Shown piece after piece: positions 9,920 to 18,567 of a stretch of DNA of 64,000 nt. The position numbers were made by a program, and so were the translations under genes. The notes beneath the pieces are model-generated. The model ran no database searches. It was not told where the DNA came from and saw nothing but the letters and a program-made list of their open reading frames with translations. Numbering within the stretch: position 1 is the stretch's first letter; each line of letters begins with the position of its first letter. The stretch comes from Thermoplasmatota archaeon. Lineage in GTDB: Archaea; Thermoplasmatota; Thermoplasmata; UBA10834. The DNA lies in NCBI GenBank assembly GCA_040751795.1, contig JBFMHR010000004.1, positions 32,001 through 96,000 of the forward strand. Reading direction: 5' to 3'.

Positions 9920-11368
9920 TCAGAAGATGAGGGAGCCGTCCTTGCGCACTATGCCGTGGCGCCTGCATATCCCGCCGACCTTCCCGGCCGCCTCCGGCTC
10001 CAGGGGCTCCGGCCTGTGCTTCGACAGGATCTCCTTCACCCTGGCCTTCGCGTACCCGACCATCTCGTCCCTCGTCGGGTCAGGCTGCCCCATGGGGTGG
10101 TAGGCCGTGACCTGCGGGACCAGGAGGTCCTTCCTCATGTGCCTCAGGGTGTGGGGGTCCGAGAGGAACGTCCCTCCCGGTCCCTGCCTCCTGATGGCGT
10201 CGAGCCCGAGCCTCTCCTCGTCGACCGCGACGCCCTGCCTCAGCCTCTTGAGCCACCGCCACGCCTCGCAGTCCATCACGAGCTTCTCCGCCGACATCAT
10301 GGCCGCCCGGTCGAGGCCCCCTAGGCCCACGACCAGGTCCGACCCCGCGAGGGCGGCGGCCATCGCGGTCATCGCCGTCTGGTAGCCCGACTCGGCGTGC
10401 AGCGAGCGTGAGGCGTTCGAAGGCCCGCCCGCGCAGGAGGGCAGGCCATAGTGGTGGGCCATCTCCGTCGCGGCGCTGTCCATGAGGATGCCCTCGGGAG
10501 TCCCGCACAGGAACACCCCGGACCGGAGGTCCGTGACGCCGGAGAACGAGGAGTAGATGCACGGGGCCCCGGGGCTGGCGGCCTGGGACATCGTGATGCC
10601 GCACAGGTTCTCCGCGGCGATGATGGCCAGTGTGCCCGCGACGGTGACGGGGGACACCGACCCGGCGATGCCCATCGAGAGGTGGACCACGGGGATGCCG
10701 GCCCTCGCGAGCTCGACGAGCCCCTCCGCCTCCCCCCTGTCGTACCTGAGCGGGGAGATGGGCGTGCACACGTCGGAGAAGATCGGCCTCCTCCTCAACT
10801 CCTCCGCGGACCCGAGGACCGCGGAGCACACCTCGACCTGGAACCTCGCCTCCTCCGCGGAGGCGGCCCCGTGCTGGACGTGCTTCGATGTGTTGGCCAG
10901 GGTGGCCACGAACTCGAAGTATGATGATCTGTCAGATGGCATGTCGGTCGCCACGACCGGGGGCCACACGAAGTCCACCTCGGGCAGCGCGTCCGCGACG
11001 ACCACGAGGTCCACCAGGTCCTTCAGCGTCGAAGCCCTCTTGACGCCCCTGTCGAGGTCGAGCACCGCGGGCGGCTCCCCGTCCGTCGAGATGAGCTGCA
11101 CGCCATCCTCGGGCACCGTGTGGTCCTTCCCGCCGCGGGAGCAGATGCGGACCTTCTTCGGGGCGGTCCTGAGCGCCTCGTCGACGACGCGCTCGTCCAG
11201 CCACGCCCTCATGGCGCCCTCGTCGACCCGTGCGCCGGCCCGGGCGAGCAGCCCGAGGGCGGTCGGGCTCTCGACGATGACGCCCGTCTCGCCCAGGATC
11301 CGGAGCGCCGCCTGGTGAAGTTCCTCCCTGTCGTCCCTGGACAGCACGCTCATGCTCGCCTTGGCCAT
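9920..11368 (-). CDS. MttB-superfamily (trimethylamine methyltransferase-like) corrinoid methyltransferase, non-pyrrolysine
   Basis: NTSKH, PISPL, SPVTVAGT...AENL, G(T)PE, GPGGTFL...HT; no in-frame TAG. Confidence 0.85.
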   Translation of the reverse strand: MAKASMSVLSRDDREELHQAALRILGETGVIVESPTALGLLARAGARVDEGAMRAWLDERVVDEALRTAPKKVRICSRGGKDHTVPEDGVQLISTDGEPPAVLDLDRGVKRASTLKDLVDLVVVADALPEVDFVWPPVVATDMPSDRSSYFEFVATLANTSKHVQHGAASAEEARFQVEVCSAVLGSAEELRRRPIFSDVCTPISPLRYDRGEAEGLVELARAGIPVVHLSMGIAGSVSPVTVAGTLAIIAAENLCGITMSQAASPGAPCIYSSFSGVTDLRSGVFLCGTPEGILMDSAATEMAHHYGLPSCAGGPSNASRSLHAESGYQTAMTAMAAALAGSDLVVGLGGLDRAAMMSAEKLVMDCEAWRWLKRLRQGVAVDEERLGLDAIRRQGPGGTFLSDPHTLRHMRKDLLVPQVTAYHPMGQPDPTRDEMVGYAKARVKEILSKHRPEPLEPEAAGKVGGICRRHGIVRKDGSLIF

Positions 11369-11525
11369 GCTAGCTCCTCCGCGGTGGATCGGGCCCGTCC
11401 CGTCCCCACCGGGCAGGCCCGAGTACCCTGAGGCCCACCGGCTAGATTAACGCTGCGCCCCCCTGCCCTCCTGCGAAAACTATTACTCCGCATAATGTGT
11501 CAACCGCCCGTCGGAAGGTGCCCCA

Positions 11526-12254
11526 ATGGGACTCAACATGGCTATCACCGAGCTGGAGACCGAGAAGGCGCTGTGCAGGACCAAGAAGATGACGCTGGCC
11601 AAGGTCTACGTCGACGACCCGTCGAAGTGGGCGGGGCTGGTCGAGGTGGACAGGGTCGTGGACCTGAAGAAGGCCGCGGCGAAGCTGGGCAAGGAGAAGG
11701 TCGACGCCATCCTGAAGAAGGGAAGGCTGGCCCCGGAGGGCGACGAGCTGTACCTCGAGAAGGTCAAGGACCCCGAGGACCAGAAGGCCCTCGCGCCGCT
11801 CGCGGCGGAGGTCAGGACCAACTGGATCGTCCTCGAGAAGGTGCCCGCGGAGAGGAGGAAGGAGGTCATCGCGGCCGCGAACAGGCCCAACTCCGTCACG
11901 GAGTGGGACCTCGTCGAGTTCGACGACATGTACGCGACCTGCGCCAAGTGCGGCCTCTCGTGGGACAACAAGAAGGGGTGCGTGGGCAACTTCGGCCCGT
12001 CGGCGTCCCCGGTCCCCGACCTCGCGAAGAAGTACGGCCTCCCCCTGCTCGCCAAGGTCGCGGAGCTCGGCGAGAAGAAGGCCGTCCTCACCCCCAAGGA
12101 CGCCGAGGAGCTCCTCAGGGAGGTCAAGGTCATCAGGGAGAGGTCCCCGGCCGAGGGCAAGATGACCGTGCGCCGGATCGAGGGGACGCTCAACAGGCTC
12201 GAGGCGATGGCCAACTGCTCCAAGGAGTTCGGCGTGGGCTTCTACTTCTTCTGA
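11526..12254 (+). CDS. Hypothetical protein (242 aa) with CxxC...C
   Basis: Long ORF with codon usage like neighbouring genes; CAKC and GC cysteines. Confidence 0.75.
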   Translation: MGLNMAITELETEKALCRTKKMTLAKVYVDDPSKWAGLVEVDRVVDLKKAAAKLGKEKVDAILKKGRLAPEGDELYLEKVKDPEDQKALAPLAAEVRTNWIVLEKVPAERRKEVIAAANRPNSVTEWDLVEFDDMYATCAKCGLSWDNKKGCVGNFGPSASPVPDLAKKYGLPLLAKVAELGEKKAVLTPKDAEELLREVKVIRERSPAEGKMTVRRIEGTLNRLEAMANCSKEFGVGFYFF

Positions 12255-12269
12255 GCGATTGGTGGGCCG

Positions 12270-13352
12270 ATGCTTTCCGAGGGGGACGCCGGGGCGGAGA
12301 GGGCGAGGGTCGTCCTGGTCAAGGGGCCCGAGGGCGCCCTCTCCGTCGAGCTCATGCCCCTGAGGGAGGGCGCGACCCGGGGGTTCCTAAAGCACTCCCC
12401 GAGGGGCCTGCGCCTCTCGCCGGACGGCTCCCGGAGGCTGAGCGCGGAGCTCGCGGAGGGCGTCAGGGGCAGGCTCCTGGTCACGGACGCGAGGAAGAGG
12501 CTGCTCGCGCGCTCCCTCGAGCCGCACGGGTGGTCGGTCTCCAGGGCGGTGGCGCCCCGCGTGGACAAGGAGTGCAGCCTGTGCACGACGTACGACATCC
12601 CCCTCGAGGAGAGCCTCCAGGACGACCGCGGCGAGAAGCCGGACATCAGCAACACGTCGCACATGGTGGGGGTGAGCATGGACCTGGGCGACAGGTGCGC
12701 CTTCGGGTTCTACACGGACGACGGCGAGACCGCGAGGGTGGTGTCCGAGGGGCCCAGGAAGCAGGGCATGCTGGTCGCCCAGTCGTCCGAGGACATGGCG
12801 GACGCGGCGGACTGCCTCGTCAGGTTCCTGGCGGCCGCGAGGAAGAAGTGGGCCGTCTTCTCGGTCGACATGGGCAGGTTCGTGAGGCGCTACGAGCCCA
12901 TGGTCATGCACAGGATGGTCCTCGAAGGGCCCAGGGGGTACGACCACTCCGTCAGGCCCGTGTCCAAGGAGGGCAGGAGGCCCCTGCTCCGTATGTTCTC
13001 CGAGTACTACGACGAGGGCGCCTTCCAGGCCTCCATGAGGCTGAGGGCGATGCTCGCCGACCGCTCCTTCTCCGTATTCTCGGCGGAGGGCGGCTTCGTC
13101 GTCACGAGGCTCGAGGGCGAGTCGGGCCTCATATACGACATATACGTCACCCCCGCCCGCCAGGGCGAGGGCCTCGGCGGCGAGCTCATGAGGTGCGGCC
13201 TGTCCAACCTCGCGGGGCGCGCGTCGAGCGTGTACCTGCATACTAGCTACCCGAGGGCGAAGGCCCTGTACGAGAAGTTCGGGTTCAGGTCCGTGTACTC
13301 GCAGCTCGCGGTGAGGCTCGACGAGTCGTCGTTCCTGCCCCCCTCAAGTTAG
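12270..13352 (+). CDS. Protein with C-terminal GNAT acetyltransferase domain
   Basis: IYVTPARQGEGLGGELM (acetyl-CoA motif A) and AKALYEKFGF. Confidence 0.75.
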   Translation: MLSEGDAGAERARVVLVKGPEGALSVELMPLREGATRGFLKHSPRGLRLSPDGSRRLSAELAEGVRGRLLVTDARKRLLARSLEPHGWSVSRAVAPRVDKECSLCTTYDIPLEESLQDDRGEKPDISNTSHMVGVSMDLGDRCAFGFYTDDGETARVVSEGPRKQGMLVAQSSEDMADAADCLVRFLAAARKKWAVFSVDMGRFVRRYEPMVMHRMVLEGPRGYDHSVRPVSKEGRRPLLRMFSEYYDEGAFQASMRLRAMLADRSFSVFSAEGGFVVTRLEGESGLIYDIYVTPARQGEGLGGELMRCGLSNLAGRASSVYLHTSYPRAKALYEKFGFRSVYSQLAVRLDESSFLPPSS

Positions 13353-13418
13353 TTATATCACGAGAGTGATAGGCTCGGCGCACACCCGGCTCAGCGCCGG
13401 AACCAGGGGGGTACCAGC

Positions 13419-14576
13419 ACGATTCCCAGGGAGAAGATACTCGGCGCCCTCGAGGGGTACGACCTCTCGAAGGCCAAGATCGGCATGGTGGCGTCGCACT
13501 CCGCGCTCGACGTCTGCGACGGGGCGGTCGAGGAGGGCTTCAGGACCCTCGGGATATGCCAGGAGGGACGCGAGAGGACCTACGCCAGGTACTTCAGGTG
13601 CCAGCGGGACGCGAGGGGGAAGGCCATCAGGGGCGTCGTGGACGAGTGCTGGACGCTGAAGAAGTTCAAGGAGCTGATGACGCCCGAGTACCAGGCCCGG
13701 CTGAGGAGGGAGAACGTCCTCTTCGTGCCCAACCGGTCCTTCACCTCCTATGTCCCGCTCAAGGAGATCGAGGAGGACTTCGCCGTCCCGCTGGTCGGGA
13801 CCAGGGGGCTCCTCAGGAGCGAGGAGCGCGGGGAGGACCGCGACTACTACTGGCTCCTCGAGAAGGCGGGCCTGCCGTTCCCGAAGAGGGTCGAGGACCC
13901 CAAGGACATAGACCGGCTCGTGATAGTCAAGCTCCACCACAAGATCAAGAAGCTCGAACGGGGCTTCTTCACCGCCGCCTCGTTCCAGGAGTACAGGGAG
14001 AAGTCGCGGCAGCTGATATTCAACAACGTCATAACCGAGGAGGACCTCAAGGAGGCGAGGATAGAGGAGTACGTCATCGGCCCGGTCTTCAACCTCGACT
14101 TCTTCTACTCCCCGTTGGAGTCGAAGATGGAGCGGATAGAGCTCATAGGGGTGGACTGGAGGTTCGAGACCTCCCTCGACGGGCACGTCCGCCTCCCCGC
14201 GCCGCAGCAGATGACCCTCCATGGGGCGCAGGCGACCCCGGAGTACACCGTGTGCGGGCACAACTCCGCCACCATGAGGGAGTCCCTGATCGAGGGGGCC
14301 TTCGACCTGGCGGAGAAGTACGTGAAGGCGACGCAGGAGCACTACGCCCCGGGGATCATAGGGCCCTTCTGCCTGCAGACCTGCGTCGACAAGGACCTCA
14401 GGTTCCACATATACGACGTCGCCCCGAGGGTCGGAGGGGGAACCAACGTGCACATGTGGGTCGGCCACCCCTACGGGAACACGACTTGGCGCACCAACAT
14501 GAGCACGGGCAGGCGCTTGGCGGCCGAGGTCCGCCGGGCGGTGGAGACGGACCAGGTCGACAGGATAGTCACTTAG
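13419..14576 (+). CDS. purP: PurP-family formate-dependent AICAR formyltransferase (ATP-grasp); probable non-canonical start upstream of ATG 13485
   Basis: ASHSALDVCDGAVEEGF, VPNRSF, ERGFF, IGPFCLQ, DVAPRVGGGTN and MSTGRRLA motifs. Confidence 0.88.
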   Translation, partial: TIPREKILGALEGYDLSKAKIGMVASHSALDVCDGAVEEGFRTLGICQEGRERTYARYFRCQRDARGKAIRGVVDECWTLKKFKELMTPEYQARLRRENVLFVPNRSFTSYVPLKEIEEDFAVPLVGTRGLLRSEERGEDRDYYWLLEKAGLPFPKRVEDPKDIDRLVIVKLHHKIKKLERGFFTAASFQEYREKSRQLIFNNVITEEDLKEARIEEYVIGPVFNLDFFYSPLESKMERIELIGVDWRFETSLDGHVRLPAPQQMTLHGAQATPEYTVCGHNSATMRESLIEGAFDLAEKYVKATQEHYAPGIIGPFCLQTCVDKDLRFHIYDVAPRVGGGTNVHMWVGHPYGNTTWRTNMSTGRRLAAEVRRAVETDQVDRIVT

Positions 14577-14604
14577 GCGCCGAAGGCCTGGCAGGGCCTG
14601 CTGG

Positions 14605-14626
14605 CCGGGCCCCGGAAGGGGCCCGG
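14605..14626 (+). terminator. GC-rich 9-bp hairpin with GGAA tetraloop after purP (possible 3'-end structure)
   Basis: ccgggcccc-ggaa-ggggcccgg perfect stem; no U-tract. Confidence 0.35.
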
Positions 14627-14728
14627 GGAATCCCTAAAGCTTATAAAGGGGCAATCTATTCGCCGGAGTACCTTTCTCAAAGAGGGGGTCCGTTGCTTTC
14701 GGTTCCCAGGAGAGGGAGGGGACATTGG

Positions 14729-17700
14729 ATGAAGACAGGCGCAATGAGTAAGCTATCAGCCGCCCTCATCGTACTGGTGATGGCGTTGTCCGCCATGGTG
14801 GCGCTCCCGACTATGAGCGTCAACGCAGCGGACGGGACGAACGACATAAGCCTACTGGTTCTGGACGCATCGAACGGTGCAACCGTCGAGACCGCGACTG
14901 TCACCCTCATCAACCTGTACACCGGGGAGGTAATCGACGCCCCATACTCATCCGGGATGTACGTCGCATCCGAGCCCCAGCCCGGGGTATACAGGGTTGA
15001 GGTGACGGACGACGACTACTACGACAAGATCGACGCCGTGCCACAGGGCATATCCTTCAGCGGGCTCGCCCCCTACGCGGGCGACCCGATAGACCTGGAC
15101 CCGCTGCCGCCCAAGGTGTACACGTGGAACGTCACCGTCGAGAACTCGCTCGGGCAGCCCCTCTCGGGCGCCACCGTCGGCTTCTACGACGACAGCAGCC
15201 GCGAGGCGGTCTCGAAGGCGGTCACGAACTCCGAGGGCTGGGCCCTCGTGGACATGTTCAGCGTGCCCGCGCTCACCGACATCTACCTGTTCGCCAGCAA
15301 GGACAACTACGAGACGTACGTGGACCCGGTCACGGTGGTCGCGGACGCGACCCCGACCGTGGCCCTCTCGTCCGCCAAGATCGTCAGGGGCCTCGTCAAG
15401 GACGCCGACGGGTACCTCGCGACCAACACCGTGGCATACCTCGTCAACGACGACACGACGGTCCCGTGGGTCAAGAGGGTCCTGAGGAGCGACCTCGGCG
15501 GCGGCTCGTACGTGCTGTACGGGTACGAGGGCGAGTTCACCCTGTCCGTGGACGCGGACGGCCTCAAGGCCGAGTTCAGGGACATATCGATCACGCCATC
15601 CACGACCTACCAGTTCGTCGACCTGACCCTGGAGGCGCAGACCCAGAGGACCGAGTCCGTCGCGATCGACTACGGCGCGGACATGAACTCGTTCGGGTTC
15701 ACCTCCGAGACCGTCTGGTCCTTCGACGACAAGGTCCCGGGGATGCCCTACGCCGACGCGGGCAGCCTCAGGATGCAGATCGACCTCAACTCCGCGACGT
15801 GCGACGGCACGGTCGACGCGGTCGAGGCGGGCCTCTTCGAGGCGACCCTCGCCGACTACGGCCCGGAGTACGTCTCGAGCGCAAGGCTCCTGACGGTCAA
15901 CGACACCGTCTACTCGTGCTCCGGCTCGTTCGGCCTGTTCACCCTCGGCTCCGTCGAGGGCGCGGTCTCGCTCGAGACGGGCGTGCAGTTCGACTACACG
16001 GCGGCATACTCGTCGGTCGACGCCATAGACGTGGGCGCGCCCGAGTACTCCGCCGACGCGTTCGTCAAGTACGACGACCCGTCCGTGGACTACGTGTTCG
16101 CGGTCGCCCTGCCCGCCTCGTACGAGATGGTCGCCAACTCGACCGGGGGCGCCGACAGCCACGTGAACTCGACCGGCTTCACCACCGTGACGCTGGACCC
16201 GCAGGAGTACGTGGGCGGCCCAGAGCACGTCTCGATGACCATCGAGGCCTCCGAGGGCCCGTCCGCGGGCGCGGGGGTCGTCGAGTCCGAGCACGTGTAC
16301 GCGGTCACCAACGAGACGGGGGTCGTCCTGAGCTACATCGTCGCCGTCAACGAGGAGGTCAACTTCACCGCCGTCGACTCCATGGACCCGAACGGCAACC
16401 CGCTCCAGTTCACATGGGACTTCGGGGACGGGACGCCGGACGTGACGACCTTCAACGTGACCTGCCCGCACACCTACCTGTCCGCCTCCGCTGCGAGGAC
16501 GGTCAACCTGACCGTCACCGACATGGGCGGCCTCGTCAACTGGACCGAGATAGAGGTCATGTGCGACGTCAGGGGCCCGGTGCCCGTCATAACGGTCAAG
16601 GAGCTGACGGTCAACGCCACCTCGGGCATGCTCGAGGTCGACCAGGGCGAGCTCGTCTGGTTCAACGCGAGCGGGTCGAGCGACGACGCGGTCAGCGCGG
16701 ACGACAGCCTCGGCACCATACAGTTCTTCGAGTTCCTCTACGGCGAGGGCAACAGCTCCGGCCGCGTCTACACCACGGAGGACCAGCAGAACGTCTCCTA
16801 CTCCTGGGAGGACGCGGGCGAGTACACCCTCACCCTGAACGTGACCGACGCGGTCGGCCACTGGAAGAACACGACCCTGGTGGTCAAGGTCAACGACACG
16901 GAGGCGCCCTCCGCCTCGTTCATCGTAAAGAACGAGACCTGGGGCACGAGCCTCGTCGAGGGCATGGCCCTGGTGTTCGACGCCAACGCGACGAAGGACA
17001 ACCTGGACAACAAGTCCGCCATGTACTTCTCGTGGTACTTCAACGACGACAAGGGCGAGGACTCCTGGCTCAACGGCACCGGCCTGTGGAACGTGACGCA
17101 CGTCTTCGACACCGCCGACAGCTACGCCGTCAGGGTCAACGTGACCGACACCGAGGGCAACTGGAACGGCTACACCAAGACGGTGACGGTCGTCTCCGGC
17201 CCGAGGCCCAACCTGATCATCGACGACGTGTACTTCGACCCCGAGGAGTTCACCGAGGGAGCGACCGGCCTGATCAAGGTCAACCTGACCAACAAGGGGA
17301 CCGCCGCGGCCACCGAGGTCGTCCTCAAGTTCTACATCGAGAACGCCGACGGCACCGAGGACCTCCTCGGGACCTGGACGGTCGTGCTGAACGGGACGAC
17401 AGGGGCCGAGACCACCAGCGTCGCCAAGGGCGGCACCGCGAGGGTCGAGTTCCCGTACAAGTTCAGCAGCCCCGGCACCTACACGGTCAGGGTCAACGTG
17501 ACCTGCGCCGACCAGCTCGTGGTCGACGAGGACGTCGGGAGCGTGACGGTGAAGGAGGCGGGCTGGAAGAAGATCGCCCTCTGGGGCGGCGTCCTCGGGG
17601 TAATGGTCCTCGTGCCGCTGCTGATCTACGTGCGCGGCAGGTGGTCCAAGCGCGAGAGGAAGGGCCCGAGGCGCGAGAAGCCCGAGAAGCAGGAGAAGGC

Positions 17701-17770
17701 CGACAGGAAGGCCGAGAAGGCGGAGAGGGCCGAGAGGTTCGAGAAGCCCGAGAAGGACGAGGACCTCTGA
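14729..17770 (+). CDS. Large cell-surface protein (signal peptide, Ig-like/PKD repeats, CARDB-like domain, C-terminal TM anchor), ~1013 aa
   Basis: Hydrophobic signal after MKTGAMSK; PKD signature FTWDFGDG; PNLIIDDVYF...VNLTNKG; many N-x-T/S sequons; TM followed by a charged tail. The true start is inside the 13556 ORF; promoter-like aaagcttataaa at ~14637. Confidence 0.85.
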   Translation: MKTGAMSKLSAALIVLVMALSAMVALPTMSVNAADGTNDISLLVLDASNGATVETATVTLINLYTGEVIDAPYSSGMYVASEPQPGVYRVEVTDDDYYDKIDAVPQGISFSGLAPYAGDPIDLDPLPPKVYTWNVTVENSLGQPLSGATVGFYDDSSREAVSKAVTNSEGWALVDMFSVPALTDIYLFASKDNYETYVDPVTVVADATPTVALSSAKIVRGLVKDADGYLATNTVAYLVNDDTTVPWVKRVLRSDLGGGSYVLYGYEGEFTLSVDADGLKAEFRDISITPSTTYQFVDLTLEAQTQRTESVAIDYGADMNSFGFTSETVWSFDDKVPGMPYADAGSLRMQIDLNSATCDGTVDAVEAGLFEATLADYGPEYVSSARLLTVNDTVYSCSGSFGLFTLGSVEGAVSLETGVQFDYTAAYSSVDAIDVGAPEYSADAFVKYDDPSVDYVFAVALPASYEMVANSTGGADSHVNSTGFTTVTLDPQEYVGGPEHVSMTIEASEGPSAGAGVVESEHVYAVTNETGVVLSYIVAVNEEVNFTAVDSMDPNGNPLQFTWDFGDGTPDVTTFNVTCPHTYLSASAARTVNLTVTDMGGLVNWTEIEVMCDVRGPVPVITVKELTVNATSGMLEVDQGELVWFNASGSSDDAVSADDSLGTIQFFEFLYGEGNSSGRVYTTEDQQNVSYSWEDAGEYTLTLNVTDAVGHWKNTTLVVKVNDTEAPSASFIVKNETWGTSLVEGMALVFDANATKDNLDNKSAMYFSWYFNDDKGEDSWLNGTGLWNVTHVFDTADSYAVRVNVTDTEGNWNGYTKTVTVVSGPRPNLIIDDVYFDPEEFTEGATGLIKVNLTNKGTAAATEVVLKFYIENADGTEDLLGTWTVVLNGTTGAETTSVAKGGTARVEFPYKFSSPGTYTVRVNVTCADQLVVDEDVGSVTVKEAGWKKIALWGGVLGVMVLVPLLIYVRGRWSKRERKGPRREKPEKQEKADRKAEKAERAERFEKPEKDEDL

Positions 17771-17827
17771 GCCCCCCTAGACCTGCCAAACCTCTTAACG
17801 CCCCTTTTCATTCTCTCATGCGCTAGC

Positions 17828-18565
17828 ATGGGCGACGTTTGGCGCCTCCTTGACAGCGGCACCGTGCCGCCTGCCGTGTCGGCAGCGTTGGACGAGGCGG
17901 TGCTGGAGGCCCATTCCAGGGGCTCCGTGCCCGACACCCTCCACTTCTACGTCCGGTCGTCGCCGACCGTGTCGGTGGGGTACTTCCAGGGGGTGGGAGA
18001 GAGCGTGGACCTGGAAGCGTGCGGGCGGCACGGGGTGCACGTCGTGCGCCGCGGCTCGGGCGGGAGCACGATATACACCGACCCTGGGCAGCTGATCTAC
18101 GGCCTGGTCGTGCGCTCCGACGAGCTGCCGCCAACGCCCGATGCCTCCTTCGCCCTCGTGTGCGGCGCCGTGGCGAGGGCCGTGTCCTCGTTCGGCGTCG
18201 AGGCGAGGCACAGGCCCGTGAACGACGTCGAGGTGGGCGGGAGGAAGGTCTCGGGCAGCGCGCAGCTGAGGCGCCGCGGCTCGGTCCTGCAGCACGGCAC
18301 GATCATCCTGGACACCGACCTCGCGGCGATGGACGCGGTACTCAGGGGCGGCGGTCGGAGGCCGTCGGAGAGGGTCGCCACGCTCGCATCCCTCCTCGGG
18401 CGCGCGCCCGACATGGAAGAGATGAAGCGGAGGGTGAGGAACGAGGTGGGCCGGGCCTTCGGGGCGGCCATCGAGGAGGGCTGCCTCACGGACGCGGAGA
18501 GGGCGGACGTGGAGCGCCTGGTGGCGGAGCGGTACTCGAGGGACGAGTGGAACCTGAGGCTGTAG
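17828..18565 (+). CDS. lplA: Lipoate-protein ligase A family
   Basis: RRGSGGSTIY, NDV...KVSGSAQ and LQHGT motifs. Confidence 0.88.
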   Translation: MGDVWRLLDSGTVPPAVSAALDEAVLEAHSRGSVPDTLHFYVRSSPTVSVGYFQGVGESVDLEACGRHGVHVVRRGSGGSTIYTDPGQLIYGLVVRSDELPPTPDASFALVCGAVARAVSSFGVEARHRPVNDVEVGGRKVSGSAQLRRRGSVLQHGTIILDTDLAAMDAVLRGGGRRPSERVATLASLLGRAPDMEEMKRRVRNEVGRAFGAAIEEGCLTDAERADVERLVAERYSRDEWNLRL

Positions 18566-18567
18566 GC

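Noticed and set aside
13556-14728. Apparent 1404-aa protein starting at 13556
   Set aside because: The first 391 codons are an off-frame read of purP plus intergenic DNA; the signal peptide starts at 14729.
17753-17770. C-terminal KDEDL resembling the KDEL ER-retention signal
   Set aside because: It is not an exact match, lies in a K/E/D-rich tail and is predicted to be cytoplasmic; most likely coincidence.
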